64,000 nucleotides of DNA, taken from Heptranchias perlo (lineage: Eukaryota). Positions 37,830 to 50,200 of the stretch are shown here, piece after piece. The translations under genes and the position numbers were made by a program. The notes beneath the pieces were generated by a model. That model was not told where the DNA came from and did not search any database. It saw only the letters and a program-made list of their open reading frames with translations. The stretch is from the NCBI RefSeq assembly GCF_035084215.1, contig NC_090340.1, forward strand, positions 36,952,001 to 37,016,000, read 5' to 3'. Every line of letters begins with the position of its first letter. Within the stretch, counting starts at the first letter, position 1.

Positions 37830-40800
37830 GCTCTCTCTCCTCTGAGTTCACTGACCTCCTATCCTCTTTTAACCTCTCCCTCCATATGAATTCCCCTACC
37901 CATATTCACGGCCACGCCTTTGACCTTGCCATCTCACGTGGCCTCTCTACTCCCATCATGTCAATCACGGATAAAGCCATCCCTGATCACTTACTTGTAT
38001 CCCTCTCCAGCCACCCCCCCTTCCCCCTACCAACCCCACTTCCTTCTGCGTTTACAACGGCACTTTCAAATTCACAACTGTCTAGCCTTTGACCCTCCAT
38101 TCACCAAGACATTTCTGCAGCTACCGATCTGCTCAATCAAACTCTAACCTCCACCTTTGATGCCCTTGTCCCCATTAAAACCATTACACTCTCTAACCCT
38201 GGTCATTCCCCCTGGTACGGCCTTCATCTCCACTCCCTTAAGTCCAAGGAACGCAGACTTGAACGTTTATCGTAGTCAACTGGTTAAGCCATTCATCGCC
38301 AGATCTGGCTGGACCACATAAAGCACTATTGGGTCCTGCTCTCCACTGCCAAAACTGCTCACTATTCCAGGATCATCCTGGAATGCAAAGATAATCCCCG
38401 GCTTCTCTCCTCTACGAACTGTCTTCTTAAACCTCTCTCCCCTGCCCCCTCCACCCTCACCTCCAACAACAAGTGCGAGGAGCTCATGGACTTCTTTGTC
38501 ACTAAGATTGAGACCATCCGTTCAGCTGCCTCTGCCGCTTCCCTCCCTTCCCCTAGCACACCAAGCCAAACTTCCCCTACGGTTCCCCCCGTCCTAGCCC
38601 TGAAATAGCATCTTTCTCTAGTTTCTCTCCTATCTCCCCTCATGCCCTCTCCAAGTTCATCTTGACCATGAGATCCACCTCCAGCTCCCTTGACTCTGTT
38701 CCCACCAAACTGCTGACCACCCACCCAACTTCCCTTCCTGGCCCCATGTTAGCTGAGATTGTTAATGGTTCCCTCTCCTCAGGTACCGTCCTCCTCCCCT
38801 TCAAATCTACCGTCATCACCATCCTCCTCAAAAAAACCACCCTTGACCCTCACTATCAACCCATCTCCAACCTCCATTTCCTCTCCAAAGTCCTTGAACG
38901 TGTTGTCGCTGCTCAAATCCATGCCCATCTTTCCCGCAACTCCATGTTTGAATCCCTCCAGTCAGGTTTCTGTCTCTGCCACAGTACTGAAACAATCCTT
39001 ATCAAAGTCACAAATGACATCATATGTGACTGTGACGATGGTAAACTATCTCTCCTCATCCTTCTAGAACTGTCTGCAGCCTTTGACGCAGTTGACCACA
39101 CCATTCTTCTCCAATACCTCTCCTCTGTCATCCAGCTGGGTCGGACTGCGCTCGCCTGGTTCCATTCTTATCTATCCAGTCGTAGCCAGAGAATCACCTG
39201 CAATGGCTTCTTTTCCTGCTCCCGCACTGTTACTTCTGGAGCCACCAAGGATTTATCCTTGGCTCCCTCCTATTCCCCATCTACATGCTGCCCCTCAGCA
39301 ACATCATCCGAAAACACATCAGGTTCCACGCTAATGACACCCAGCTCTACCTCACCACCCACCTCCCTTGACCCCTCCACTGTCTCTGATATGTCACACT
39401 GCTTGTTCGACATCCAATACTGGATGAACAAAAATTTCCGCCAACTATATTGGGAAGACCGAAGCGATCGGCTCAGCTCATCTGTTGCTGAAACCCTCAT
39501 CCGTGCCTTTGTTACCTCAAGACTATACTATTCCAATGCTTTCCTGGCCAGGCTCCCATCTTCCACCCTCCATAAGCTTGAGCTCATCCAAACCTTGGCT
39601 GTTCGTATCCTAACTCGGACCAAGTCCCGTTCACCCATCACCCCTGTGCTTGCTGACCTACACTGGCTCCCAGTCCAGGAGCACCTCAATTTTAAAATTG
39701 TATTCCTCGTTTTTAATTCCCTCCATGGCTTCACCCCTCCCTATCTCTGGAACCTCCTCCAGCCCTACAACCCTCCGTGATCTCTGCGCTCATCCAATTC
39801 TTACCTTTTGCGCATCCCCGATTTTAATCGCTCCACAATTGGCAGCCATGCCTGTAGCTGCCTAGGCCCTCAGCTCTGGAGTTTTCTCCCTAAATCTCTC
39901 CACCTCTCTACCTCTCTCTCCTCCTTTAAAATGCTCCTTAAAGTAGTGAAGTATCCAATCCGAAATTACAGTCCTAAATCTAAACACAGATAACTTCAAA
40001 GTTATGAGGAGTGAGTTGGCTATGATAGATTGGGAAGCTTCATTAAAAGGCATGACGGTGGATAGGCAATGGCTAACATTTAAGGAACGAATGCATGAAT
40101 TGCAACAATTATATATTCCTTTCTGGTGCAAAAGGAAAAGCGGCCTAACCATGGCTAACAAAAGAAATTAAGAATAGTATTAGATCCAAAGAGGAGTCAT
40201 ATAAAGTTGCCAGAAAAAGTAGCAATTTAGAATTCAGCAAAAAAGGACCAAGAGATTGATTAAGAGGGGAAAAATAGAGTATGAGAGTAAACCTGCAAGG
40301 ACCATAAAAGTGGACTGTAAAAGCTTCTACAAGTATGTAAAAAGTAAACGATTAGTGAAGACAAATGTAGGTCCCTTGCAGTCAGAAACAGGAGATTTTT
40401 CAATGGGGAACAAGGAAACGACAGAGCAATTAAACAAATACTTTGGTTCTATCTTCGCGGAAGAGGACACAAATAACTTCCCAGAAATGCTAGGAAACCA
40501 AGGGACTAATGAGAAGGAGGAATTAAAGGAAATTAGTATTAGTAAAAAAATAGTGCTGGAGAAATTAATGGGACTGAAAGCTGATAAATCCCCAGGGCCT
40601 GATAATCTGCATCTCAGAGTACTAAAAGAGGTAGCCATGGAAATAGTGGATGCATTAGTTGTCATCTTCCAAAATTCTATAGATTATGGAACAGCTCCTG
40701 CAGATTGGAAGGTGGCAAATGTAACCCCACTATTTAAAAAAGGAGGGAGAGAGAAAACAAGGAACTAGAGAACGGTTAGCCTAACATCAGTTGCAGGGAA

Positions 40801-42325
40801 AATGCTAGAGCCTATTATAAAGGATGTGAGAACAGGACACTTAGAAAATATCAATGGGATTAGACAAAGTCAACATAGATTTATGAAAAGGAAATCATGT
40901 TTGACAAACCTACTGGAGTTTTTTGAGGATGTAACTGGTAGAATAGATATGGGAGAACCAGTGGATGTGGTTTATTTGGATTTTCAGAAGGCCTTTGATA
41001 AAGTCCCACATAAGAGTTTAGTGTGCAAAATTAAAGCACATGGGATTGGTGGTAATATACTGGCATGGATTGAAAATTGGTTAACAGACAGGGAACAGAG
41101 AGTAGGAATAAATGGGTCTTTTTCGGGGTGGTAGCCAGTGTCTAGTGGGGTACCGCAGGGATCAGTGCTTGGGCCCCAGCTATTCACAATATATATCAAT
41201 GATATGAATGAGGAAACTAAATGTAATATTTCCAAGTTTGCTGACAACACAACTCTAGGTGGGATCATGAGTTGTGAGGAGGATGCAAAGAGGCTTCAAG
41301 GCAATTTAGACAAGTTGAGTGAATGGGCAAATGCATGGCAGATGCAGTTTAATGTGGATAAATGTGAAGTTATCCACTTCGGAAGGAAAAACAGAAAGGC
41401 AGAATATTATTTAAATGGTGATAGATTGGGAAATGTTGATGTACAAAGGGACCTGGGTGCCCTTGTACACCAGTCACTGAAAGAAACATGCAGGTGCAGC
41501 AAGCAGTTAGGAAGGCAAATGGTATGTTGGCCTTCATTGCAAGAGGATTTGAGTCCAGGAGCAAGGATGTCTTACTGCAGTTATACGGGGCCTTGGTGAG
41601 ACCACACCTGGAGTATTGTGTGCAGTTTTGGTCTCCTTACCTAAGAAAGGATATACTTGCCATAGAGGGAATGTGGCGAAGGTTCACCAGACTGATCCCT
41701 GGGATGACAGGACCATCGTATGACGAGAGATTGGGTCAACTCGGCCTGTATTCACTCGAGTTTAGAAGAATGAGAGGGGATCTCATTGAAACATAGAAAA
41801 TTCTGACAGGGCTAGACAGACTGGATGCAGGGAGGATGTTTCCCCTGGCTGGGGGGTCCAGAACGAGGGGTCACGGTCTCAGGATATGGGGTAGGACATT
41901 TAGAACTGAGATGAGGAGAAATTTCTTCACTCAGAGGGTGGTGAAGCTGTGGAATTCTCTACCTCAGAAGGCTGTGGAGGCCAAGTCACTGAATATATTT
42001 AAGAAGTTGCTAGATAGATTTCTAGACACAAAAGGCATCAAGGGGTATGGGGAGAGAGCGGGAATATGGTATTAAGATAGAGGATCAGCCATGATCATAT
42101 TGAATGGTGGAGCAGGCTCGAAGGGCCGAATGGCCTACCCCTGCTCCTATTTTCTATGTTTCTATGTTTCTAAAACCTATCTCTTTGACCAAGCTTTTGG
42201 TCACCTGACCTAATATCTCCTTATGTGGCTCGGTGTCAAATTTCTGTTTGCTAACGCTCCTCTGAAGCTCCTTGGGACATTTTACTACATTAAAAGCATT
42301 ACATAAAGGCAACTTGTTGTTATTT
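37830..42325 (+). mobile_element. L2-clade LINE (degraded ORF2, 37830-39942, resuming 42171-42325)
   Basis: [48 protein letters not shown]; 3' end ttgttgtt. Confidence 0.9.
39943..42170 (+). mobile_element. CR1 LINE (5'-truncated, 2.2 kb) inserted in the L2 3' region
   Basis: KSPGPDNLH, WKVANVTPLFKKG, YLDFQKAFDKVPH, SGVPQGSVLGP, KFADNT; tail (tttctatg)n; TAAA on both flanks. Confidence 0.93.
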
Positions 42326-43892
42326 CAACACTTCTCCCCCTACGCAAATTTCTTTTTGTTTCTAAAATGGTCTGCTTCCTTTACTGGGTCTTTTCTCAGT
42401 CTTTCGTTTTCTTGGCTGTGGGGTGGGGAAATGTGGTGAGCATGGAGGCATGGGGGCATTGGCAGGCATGAGGGTCACTGGGAAGGATGCAGTCATCCGG
42501 GCGGGGGGAGGTGTCAGTCATCGGTGGTTGTCAATCATTGGGGGGGGGGAGGGTCAAGATGGGGGGTCATCACGGGGATCGCGATCGTTGGGCTGGGTTG
42601 GGGTCGCGATTGTTGGGAGGGTTGGCGATCGGAGCGGGGGTCACTGCAGGCAGGCTTGTTGAGCCTGGGGAAAGCACTCCTGCTTCTCTGGGCCCACAAG
42701 CAGTGCTATTAAGCACTTACTTGCAGTTTCGGGCCTTCTCGCCACCTCTCATGCAGCGTTGAGGTCTGGGAATCTCGGCCCTCAGAGGTTGGAATCGCGA
42801 AACCTTTCAAAATGGAGGCCCGCAGCCTCCTTGAAAGCTTTTAATGAGCAACCCACCTCCTGAGAGCGGGTTGGTTGCCTGCCCCTCATCCCGCCCCGGT
42901 GAAAGCCGGAAATGGGCGGATTGGGGGCGGATCTGAAATTGTTGCAATTTTCAATGCCCCCCTCCAACCCACCCATTTTTCCCATTTAAAATCCTGCCCA
43001 TGATCTTCCAAAGTGTGGTGTCAGTTGGACATAAAAACACCACCACATCAGACTTTTCCCAAATAAAATGAACGTTTTTGACCTTTCAACCGATTTAATT
43101 TCTGTAATTGAATTAATCTGTACTAATGATACAGATAGAACTGTGGGAATGAAACTTTTCATGACTCACTAAGTAGGTACTTTGTTCCGCTGTGTGATAC
43201 TATTACAAGAGTGCAAAATACCACTGGAATCTCACCCACATCTGCAGTAATTGTTTTTGTCTTTACCAGCACTTGCAAGTTAAAAGGAAACACACATGTA
43301 CTGAAAGGCAAAGTGAGCTGGGGTAATGTTGTTTTGTCTCAGTAAACTGTTCTAAAGTTCAGCCTAAGCAGTTAGGACAATACATCTCCCTCTGACGGCT
43401 AATTATAGATCCTTTTGTGAAATGACTGGGTAGTTGCAGTCTCATTCCCAGTAGACATAAGTCAACAGCTCAAAATTTCCTTTTCCTGCAGAAATTCATT
43501 GTTCCTGATTTTGCCACAATTTCCATTGTGTTTGGGTCAGAACATAGCTTTAACGCTGAAATCTAAATTCCTGACCAGTGCATTTGAACAACCCAAATTC
43601 AAAATTGTCAGCCTGGGTATGCTGCTTACTCTTTGACTATGTTAAACAGATGGGACAGAATATCTTCTCTGATGACTAATTAATTGCTGTAGTATCTAAA
43701 GAGTAGGTGTTGACCCTAAAATTTAATTAAACCTATACCAAGTGATCTACTGACCCTTAGAATTAATGAATGACCCTTTAGATTCTGCTGTAAATACATA
43801 CCAGATGCATGTCTAACATGAGCTTGTTGCATTTTAAGATGACATCAATAAAAGGAATACAATATTTATCCTTATTCCTTTTATCTTTGTAG

Positions 43893-44222
43893 CACCTCCT
43901 ACAGTTTCAGTAAATACTCCAAATATTATCATTGAACCTGGGGAAGACAAAACAATAATTTGTGAGATGAAAAACTTTTATCCAGAAAACCATTCTATCT
44001 CTTGGTTAAAAAGTGACTCAAAAGACAGTGGAAACCAAGTCGCTATCACATCAAGAGCGGTTACAGGATTACCTCAACAAAATCAAGATGGGACATTTAA
44101 TCTGCTTTCATTCCTAATTATCAACGGCAACCAAACAGATGATGGAGCTTCTTACATCTGTGAAGTTAATCATGAAGCTTTAAAGACACCTCTACAAAAA
44201 GCTGTTAGTTTGACCATCAAGG
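43893..44222 (+). CDS. Copy 2 Ig C1 exon
   Basis: Same splice sites as 7028-7357; HSISW instead of HSVSW. Confidence 0.9.
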
Positions 44223-47200
44223 GTGAGTAATAATAAAGGAGAATAGTACCTAGTAAATGACGAGCAACATTTCATTCTTCTGATTCTTCTGATTGAGCAT
44301 GAATTCTGTTTTATTTTCACTTGGAGGAACTTGTTTTGAATTTGTGTAACTGAGCCACACTACATGACGAGTTATTATAAGGAACAGACATCATCCAGTT
44401 CCTACACATGTAAACATCTGTTCCTTACAATGAGCCTCACCATATTTTAATTTTGGCCCAGTTTATCTTCTTCATTCAGATTGTTCCTTGCTCGCCTGCT
44501 CTTTGAAATGCAGACAATTGTTGAATGTTTTTCAGAAAATGTTCACAAAGGTATTACAATAGAAATTCTGAAGAACTTTCATATGAATTTACTAGAAATG
44601 TACAAGACAACAAAGCAGTAGTATTGTCATCATACTCCATTCTAAATATTAATACTATATCTGAATTATGTGGAATTCAGTTCATTCTGCTAACCCTTGG
44701 TCAAAATATGCAAAAACACAGTTATTTACTGTTGGGAACCAACAGTTTTCATAACTATTATTAGTAAAGATTCAACCAGTTTATTTTTTGATCAGTCAGC
44801 TATCCAACAGATACATAAATCCATCAGCATGTTTAAGAGTCTCTGAACCCCAAGCTACGTGTAAAATTTTAATATGGAGTCCACACACTCTCCCTATTGG
44901 GACACAAACCCACTCTCTTAAGTCTAGTGAGCTTAGGTGTAGATTGGCAGAGCCAGGGCTTAGGTACTCCCAAGTGTGCACAGGAATAGTGCTGCAGCTA
45001 AAACCCACTCATTGGTTTGCAGAGTTATCTGAAGCCAATGGAAAAATTCCCAGCCCCTAGTGACAAATCTACCCCATCCAAGTTCCATTAGTGAGCCAGA
45101 TTGACAGGTCAGTCATCAACATTGCTCTGGAGCACTTGGGATCTGCTTGGCTCAGATATTGGATTATGAGTCTGCCATGGAGAGTTAACTAAGTTCTGAA
45201 TTTCTATAACCACTTGTATCATTTTGGAGCCATCTTGAACCCAAATAGATCCAATTACCCCCTCCCCGCACCCCCCAACCAAGAGGGTTGTAGCTGTTTT
45301 GTCAATAGACAATTGACAAATGCAGGTTTGAGTCCTTGCTAGTTGGCACTAAGAGCTCCTCAAAGTGGTGTAGTAAGCATCAGAACTGACCATGAAATGT
45401 GTGAGTGCATTGCCATTATCCTCCTGACCACAGCATGGACACACATCATACACCATACTAGTTGGAGATGTGCAGCTTGAGGACCACCTCTTTGCCTCTC
45501 TGCAAGCCAACCATGTTAGGTATTGGGCCCTGGAAATATGAGAACAGGGCTTCCAGTTATCCCCTTCCAGCACCAGTCATCCCAAGTCTCAGAGTTTCCT
45601 CATCAGCTATTAAACAGACATCTGCCTTCAACTTGGTGGAAGAATCTACTCAGGGCAGCTTGTGTCATGCGATACATCTTAGTGTTCTAAATGTCCCAAG
45701 TCCAAGCTGCTGAATTCAGGTCCTCATTGAGGGCATTATCAGAGGTATGTCCGCCATGGTATTCAGTGACAGATCAGTGTAGGCTGGAGCCATCCCTCTT
45801 TGCAGCCTCTTATCCTTTTGTGCCACTGTTTGATCCTGGATCTTGCACATAGGCCAGAAGAAGCTTTTCCATTGCATGCGTGGGAGTATAAGTATAAATG
45901 TATGTTTAATAAATGTCCTCCAACCCTGTTCTTTTATATTACATTATCATGTTGTAGTGCTACTTGTCAACACATGGCTTTTTTCTTAATCACCATATCC
46001 CACTTCATGTTTTATCACCAGCAAAAGAAAGGCCTTGATGCAAGCCAGCTCTTGATCTTTAGAGTGGAAAAGAAAATGCTTTATTTTCTAAATTAGGGCC
46101 TGGAGCATGAGTTGCCAGCACATCTGGGTTGCAGAGTGAGGCTGGGTGGAATATTGGAACAATAAGTAACTATTTTTGTGTTGACCTCACAATATAAATG
46201 GCAATGCAGACACTGAACTGTCACAAGTTTTAAATTTATTTCTTGTTGAAAGAATTCCATTTGCGAAGGAATTGGAGCCCTCTGAGATATAGATATATTT
46301 AAAAATGTCAAGAATTACAATAGGGGATGGAGTATTGTATGACTTCTTTATTTACAGCAGGGGTCTTGTCCATTTCACCAGACATTGTAAATGAAATAGC
46401 AGATTCTGCATCATTTATCAATCAAGATGCTGCTTTATGCTGCACTGCAACAAAATTTAAAATTCTATTTTCTGCCACAAGCTCAGTCTTGCTATAACCA
46501 GCACAGAGAAACAGCAACAAATAAAGATAAATAATCAATAACACATCTTTGGTCTTGCGTTTTTTTTAGGTTCCAACCCAAGAGTCCGATCAGGGGCAAT
46601 TCTCACAACTACTGTTCTAACTTTTGTGATCACGGCAGCTATTTGCTTTGGAACATTTATTTTCTACAGCAATAAAAGAGCAGGTAAATAACCAATCTTT
46701 TTAAAATTTGTTTTCGGGATCAGGTGACTTTGGCAAGGCTGCATTTATTGCCCTGAGAAGGTGGCGGTGGGCCTTTTTGAACCACAGCAGTCCTTGTGGT
46801 GATGATGCTCCCTCAGTGGTGTTAGGTAGAAAATTTCAGGATATTGACCCAGTGACAATGAATCAGTTTTAAAGATAACACTATTTCCTTCTGTCTCTTG
46901 TACCATACATTGTAATTGTTCTTTTCAGCCACAACATTTAAATGTGCATCGCATTCTAACCAGATTTGTATACCTGCCGACCACTAGCTTTATAAGCTGA
47001 CATTTAGTGCTTCAGCCCATGTGTCAGCTTGTCAGCATTTCAGAAGAGAGATCGACTTTTGTTCACTGGGATTGAAGGTTGTCAATCAATCAGATCAGTT
47101 GAAAGGTATCACCTAGCTTCTATCCGAGAAACGTAAAGAGAATGGAACACTAAAATAAATTTAAAATAGTGGGGAAAATGATCAATGCAGCACAGTACTA

Positions 47201-50200
47201 GAATTACAGTTTAATTTTTTCTGGAAAAGAACAATGGGGTGATTCTGTTCCTTTGTTTTTCAGTTGCTCCCAAAGTGACAGATATTATAAAACCAAACCA
47301 TTTCCATGTGGATGATCCACTCTCTCTGGCTTGTGCAGTTCTCTGGTTCAAACCGAAAGCAATTGGTGTCTCTTGGTACAGAGAGGAAGAGGGTAAATTC
47401 CAGAGGGTTCTCATCAGTAAATGGAACAGCACCTCATCTTCTATAAAACAACGTGAATACAGGAGCAATGAAGATTATTTTCAGAGTGAAAAGGAACAAG
47501 ATGAAACAATGTCCTTCACAAAAGGAGAATATGACACTACCTTTACTTTGAAACAACACAAAGGAAGTGGAACGTATAGTTTAATATCTCAGCTAACCTT
47601 CAAACATGCATCAACTGCAAGAGTAAAACTGATGTATTCCTTTGAAGTCCAGCATGATTCTCTAAAGCAAACTATTTCAAAAGTACTTGTTTTAGAAATC
47701 CAAGGTGAGTTGCTGTGTTCTACTGCATAAGAAATCTAAAGAATGTTGGAATTGTTTTAATCTGTGCCAAAATGCGCATGATTAAATAACAAAATAGAAA
47801 TCCTTTGCCAGTACATAGTTGTGTATAATATTATAGCCTACAAATTATTGTGTGCAATATTAGCATACAAGCACTTAACACATTCAGTTGAATTCCTCTG
47901 TCTATTATTTTAATGGACACACTAACCCATTTGAAATACTTGGATTAATGCCTTTGTTAAAATAGTGGGCAGTGGAATGGTTAAGTATTCATATGTTAAT
48001 TTTGCACAGTAATTTCTGGGATATCTCTGAATGCTTTGACTGTTCTTAACATGCCCCCAGTCAAATGAGCAGGATGTACTGCCAGGATACCAAAATATTA
48101 ACCAGATTGCTGAGATTGAAATGTTGGTAGCCCATCTGCTGCTCCTTTTACCCAAGTGATGAAATGTGTACACTTAGAAGTTTAGTTGTAGAAAAGAGGA
48201 TTGAAAGGCCAGAAACCCACCAAAAATGTAGCACATACGTTGTGAAGGGAGGTGGCTGTGGTACTGCCATCTCCTTGAACACCAGGACTACTTTGCAGTG
48301 CAGAAGGAAGTTTAATGACCTCAGCGAAGCAGCCCAGGTAAGCCAACTGTTCTCCCTTACCTTTCCTTGCAGTGTCTTTGTATGTCTAGCACTCCTTCAT
48401 TCATTACCTTCACAGTCCCAGAGGAGTCAGGGGTGAAAGTGAGATCTTATAATGGGGAGCAAAGGCTTTGCAGAAGTAACCTTACTGGCTCCCAAGCCTG
48501 TGGCCTCAGAACTCTGAGGTTCTGCTCTAAAAAGAAAGTCACTGGATGAACATCAATCTCATATTGAGCCAATGAGGGCCATCTCAGATGACCTGAGACA
48601 GATGGCAGGGGTCATGGCAAAGCTCAATGTCATTCTTAGTGCCAACATCCAAAAAAAATTTGACAGAATGCAGCACTACCTGGAGTGAAGTGGTTTGTAG
48701 GTGCTGGTGGAAGGATACCTCCTAGTTGGTCTTCTCCTCCTTTGGTGTAGCCTTATCTTTTAATACTCTGTCATTTCCTCTTCCTCGAGCTCCTGTTCCG
48801 CCTCCATTATAAGGATATATATGGGAATGGCCGTAGTGAACCCCATGGTAAGGGTTCCATGACAGAAGGGTGGGAAGAAAAAGATTTCCTGCCTGAAACT
48901 GCTGAAAGACAGTTTGCAGAATCCTTTTTAAGTTGTGCAGCTGAGAATACATTGTTGTAATTACTTCAGTCAAAGTTGATGTTTCAGATAAAGATTTTCA
49001 TACAAGTAACTCAATCCTTTTTTCTACAGATTTAAGTTAAGTCAAGTGCAATTCTGGTGTAAATGTTGGAATTTCCAGGACAGCAGCTTTTGCCCTCATT
49101 ACCCTGTCATTTGCAAACATGCAGCAATTTGGGGAAGGGAACATCTTCTGCCCACAGCCAATTCTACTGGAATTTTGCATGTATTTTAGAATGGGTGTAA
49201 CTCTGGCGTACACCCCAAATTTTGGTCCTCTGCACCAGAACTACACCATTTTTGCCCCAAATATTCTTGGTACTTTGTGAACTTTTTCTTTAAATTAAAC
49301 AAACAAGAAAATATACCCTTTAAATGTTTACTTCATGACCAAGAGGTTTGAGACCTGCTCTGTGCGGAGTTGGCTCATCTATGGTGGAGTGGTGAGAGGG
49401 GTACCAAAATTGACCTCAGCACCAGTGGGTTAGGAAGAAGGAGAAAAAAAAATCAGCCAGGGGCTTGCTCCTGAGTGTTATGCAGCAACTCTTGCTGAAA
49501 GTGTGCATATATGAATGTCAGGTAAGGACAGGATCAGTCTCAACTATGACGCTGTCTATGCTCACACCTGGAGAATAGATCAGGTATCAGAGATCAATAG
49601 ATGCCCATAGAACCATACTTGAGCAAGGAGTCAATGCCTTATGAACATAAGAACATAAGAAATAGGAGCAGGCGTAGGCTTTAAGGCCCCTCGAGCCTGC
49701 TGCACATTCAATCAGATCATGACTGATCTTCGACCTCAACTCCACTTTCCTGCCCGATCCGTGTACCACTTGATTCCCCTAGAGTCTAAAAATCTATCTA
49801 TCTCAGCCTTGAATATACTCAACGACTCAGCATCCACGGCCCTCTGGGGTAGAGAATTCCGAAGATTCACAACCCTCTGAGTGAAGAAATTCCTCCTCAT
49901 CTCAGTCAAATGGCCGACCCCTTATCATGAGACTATGCCCCCTAGTTCTAAACTCTCCAGCCAGGAGAAACAGCCTCTCAGTATCTACCCTGTCAAGCCC
50001 CCTCAGAATCTTATATGTTTCAATGAGATCATCTCTCATTCTTCTAACTCCAGAGAGTATAGGCCCATTCTACTTAATCTCTCCTCATAGGACAACCCTC
50101 TCATCCCAGGAATTAATCTAGTGAACCTTTGTTGCACTGCCTCTAAGGAAGGTATATCCTTCCTTAGATAAGGAGACCAAAACCGTACGCAGTACTCCAG

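Noticed and set aside
38662-42075. RT ORFs as active retrotransposons
   Set aside because: Fragmented by stops and frameshifts, 5'-truncated, catalytic motif altered (FADN) or lost.
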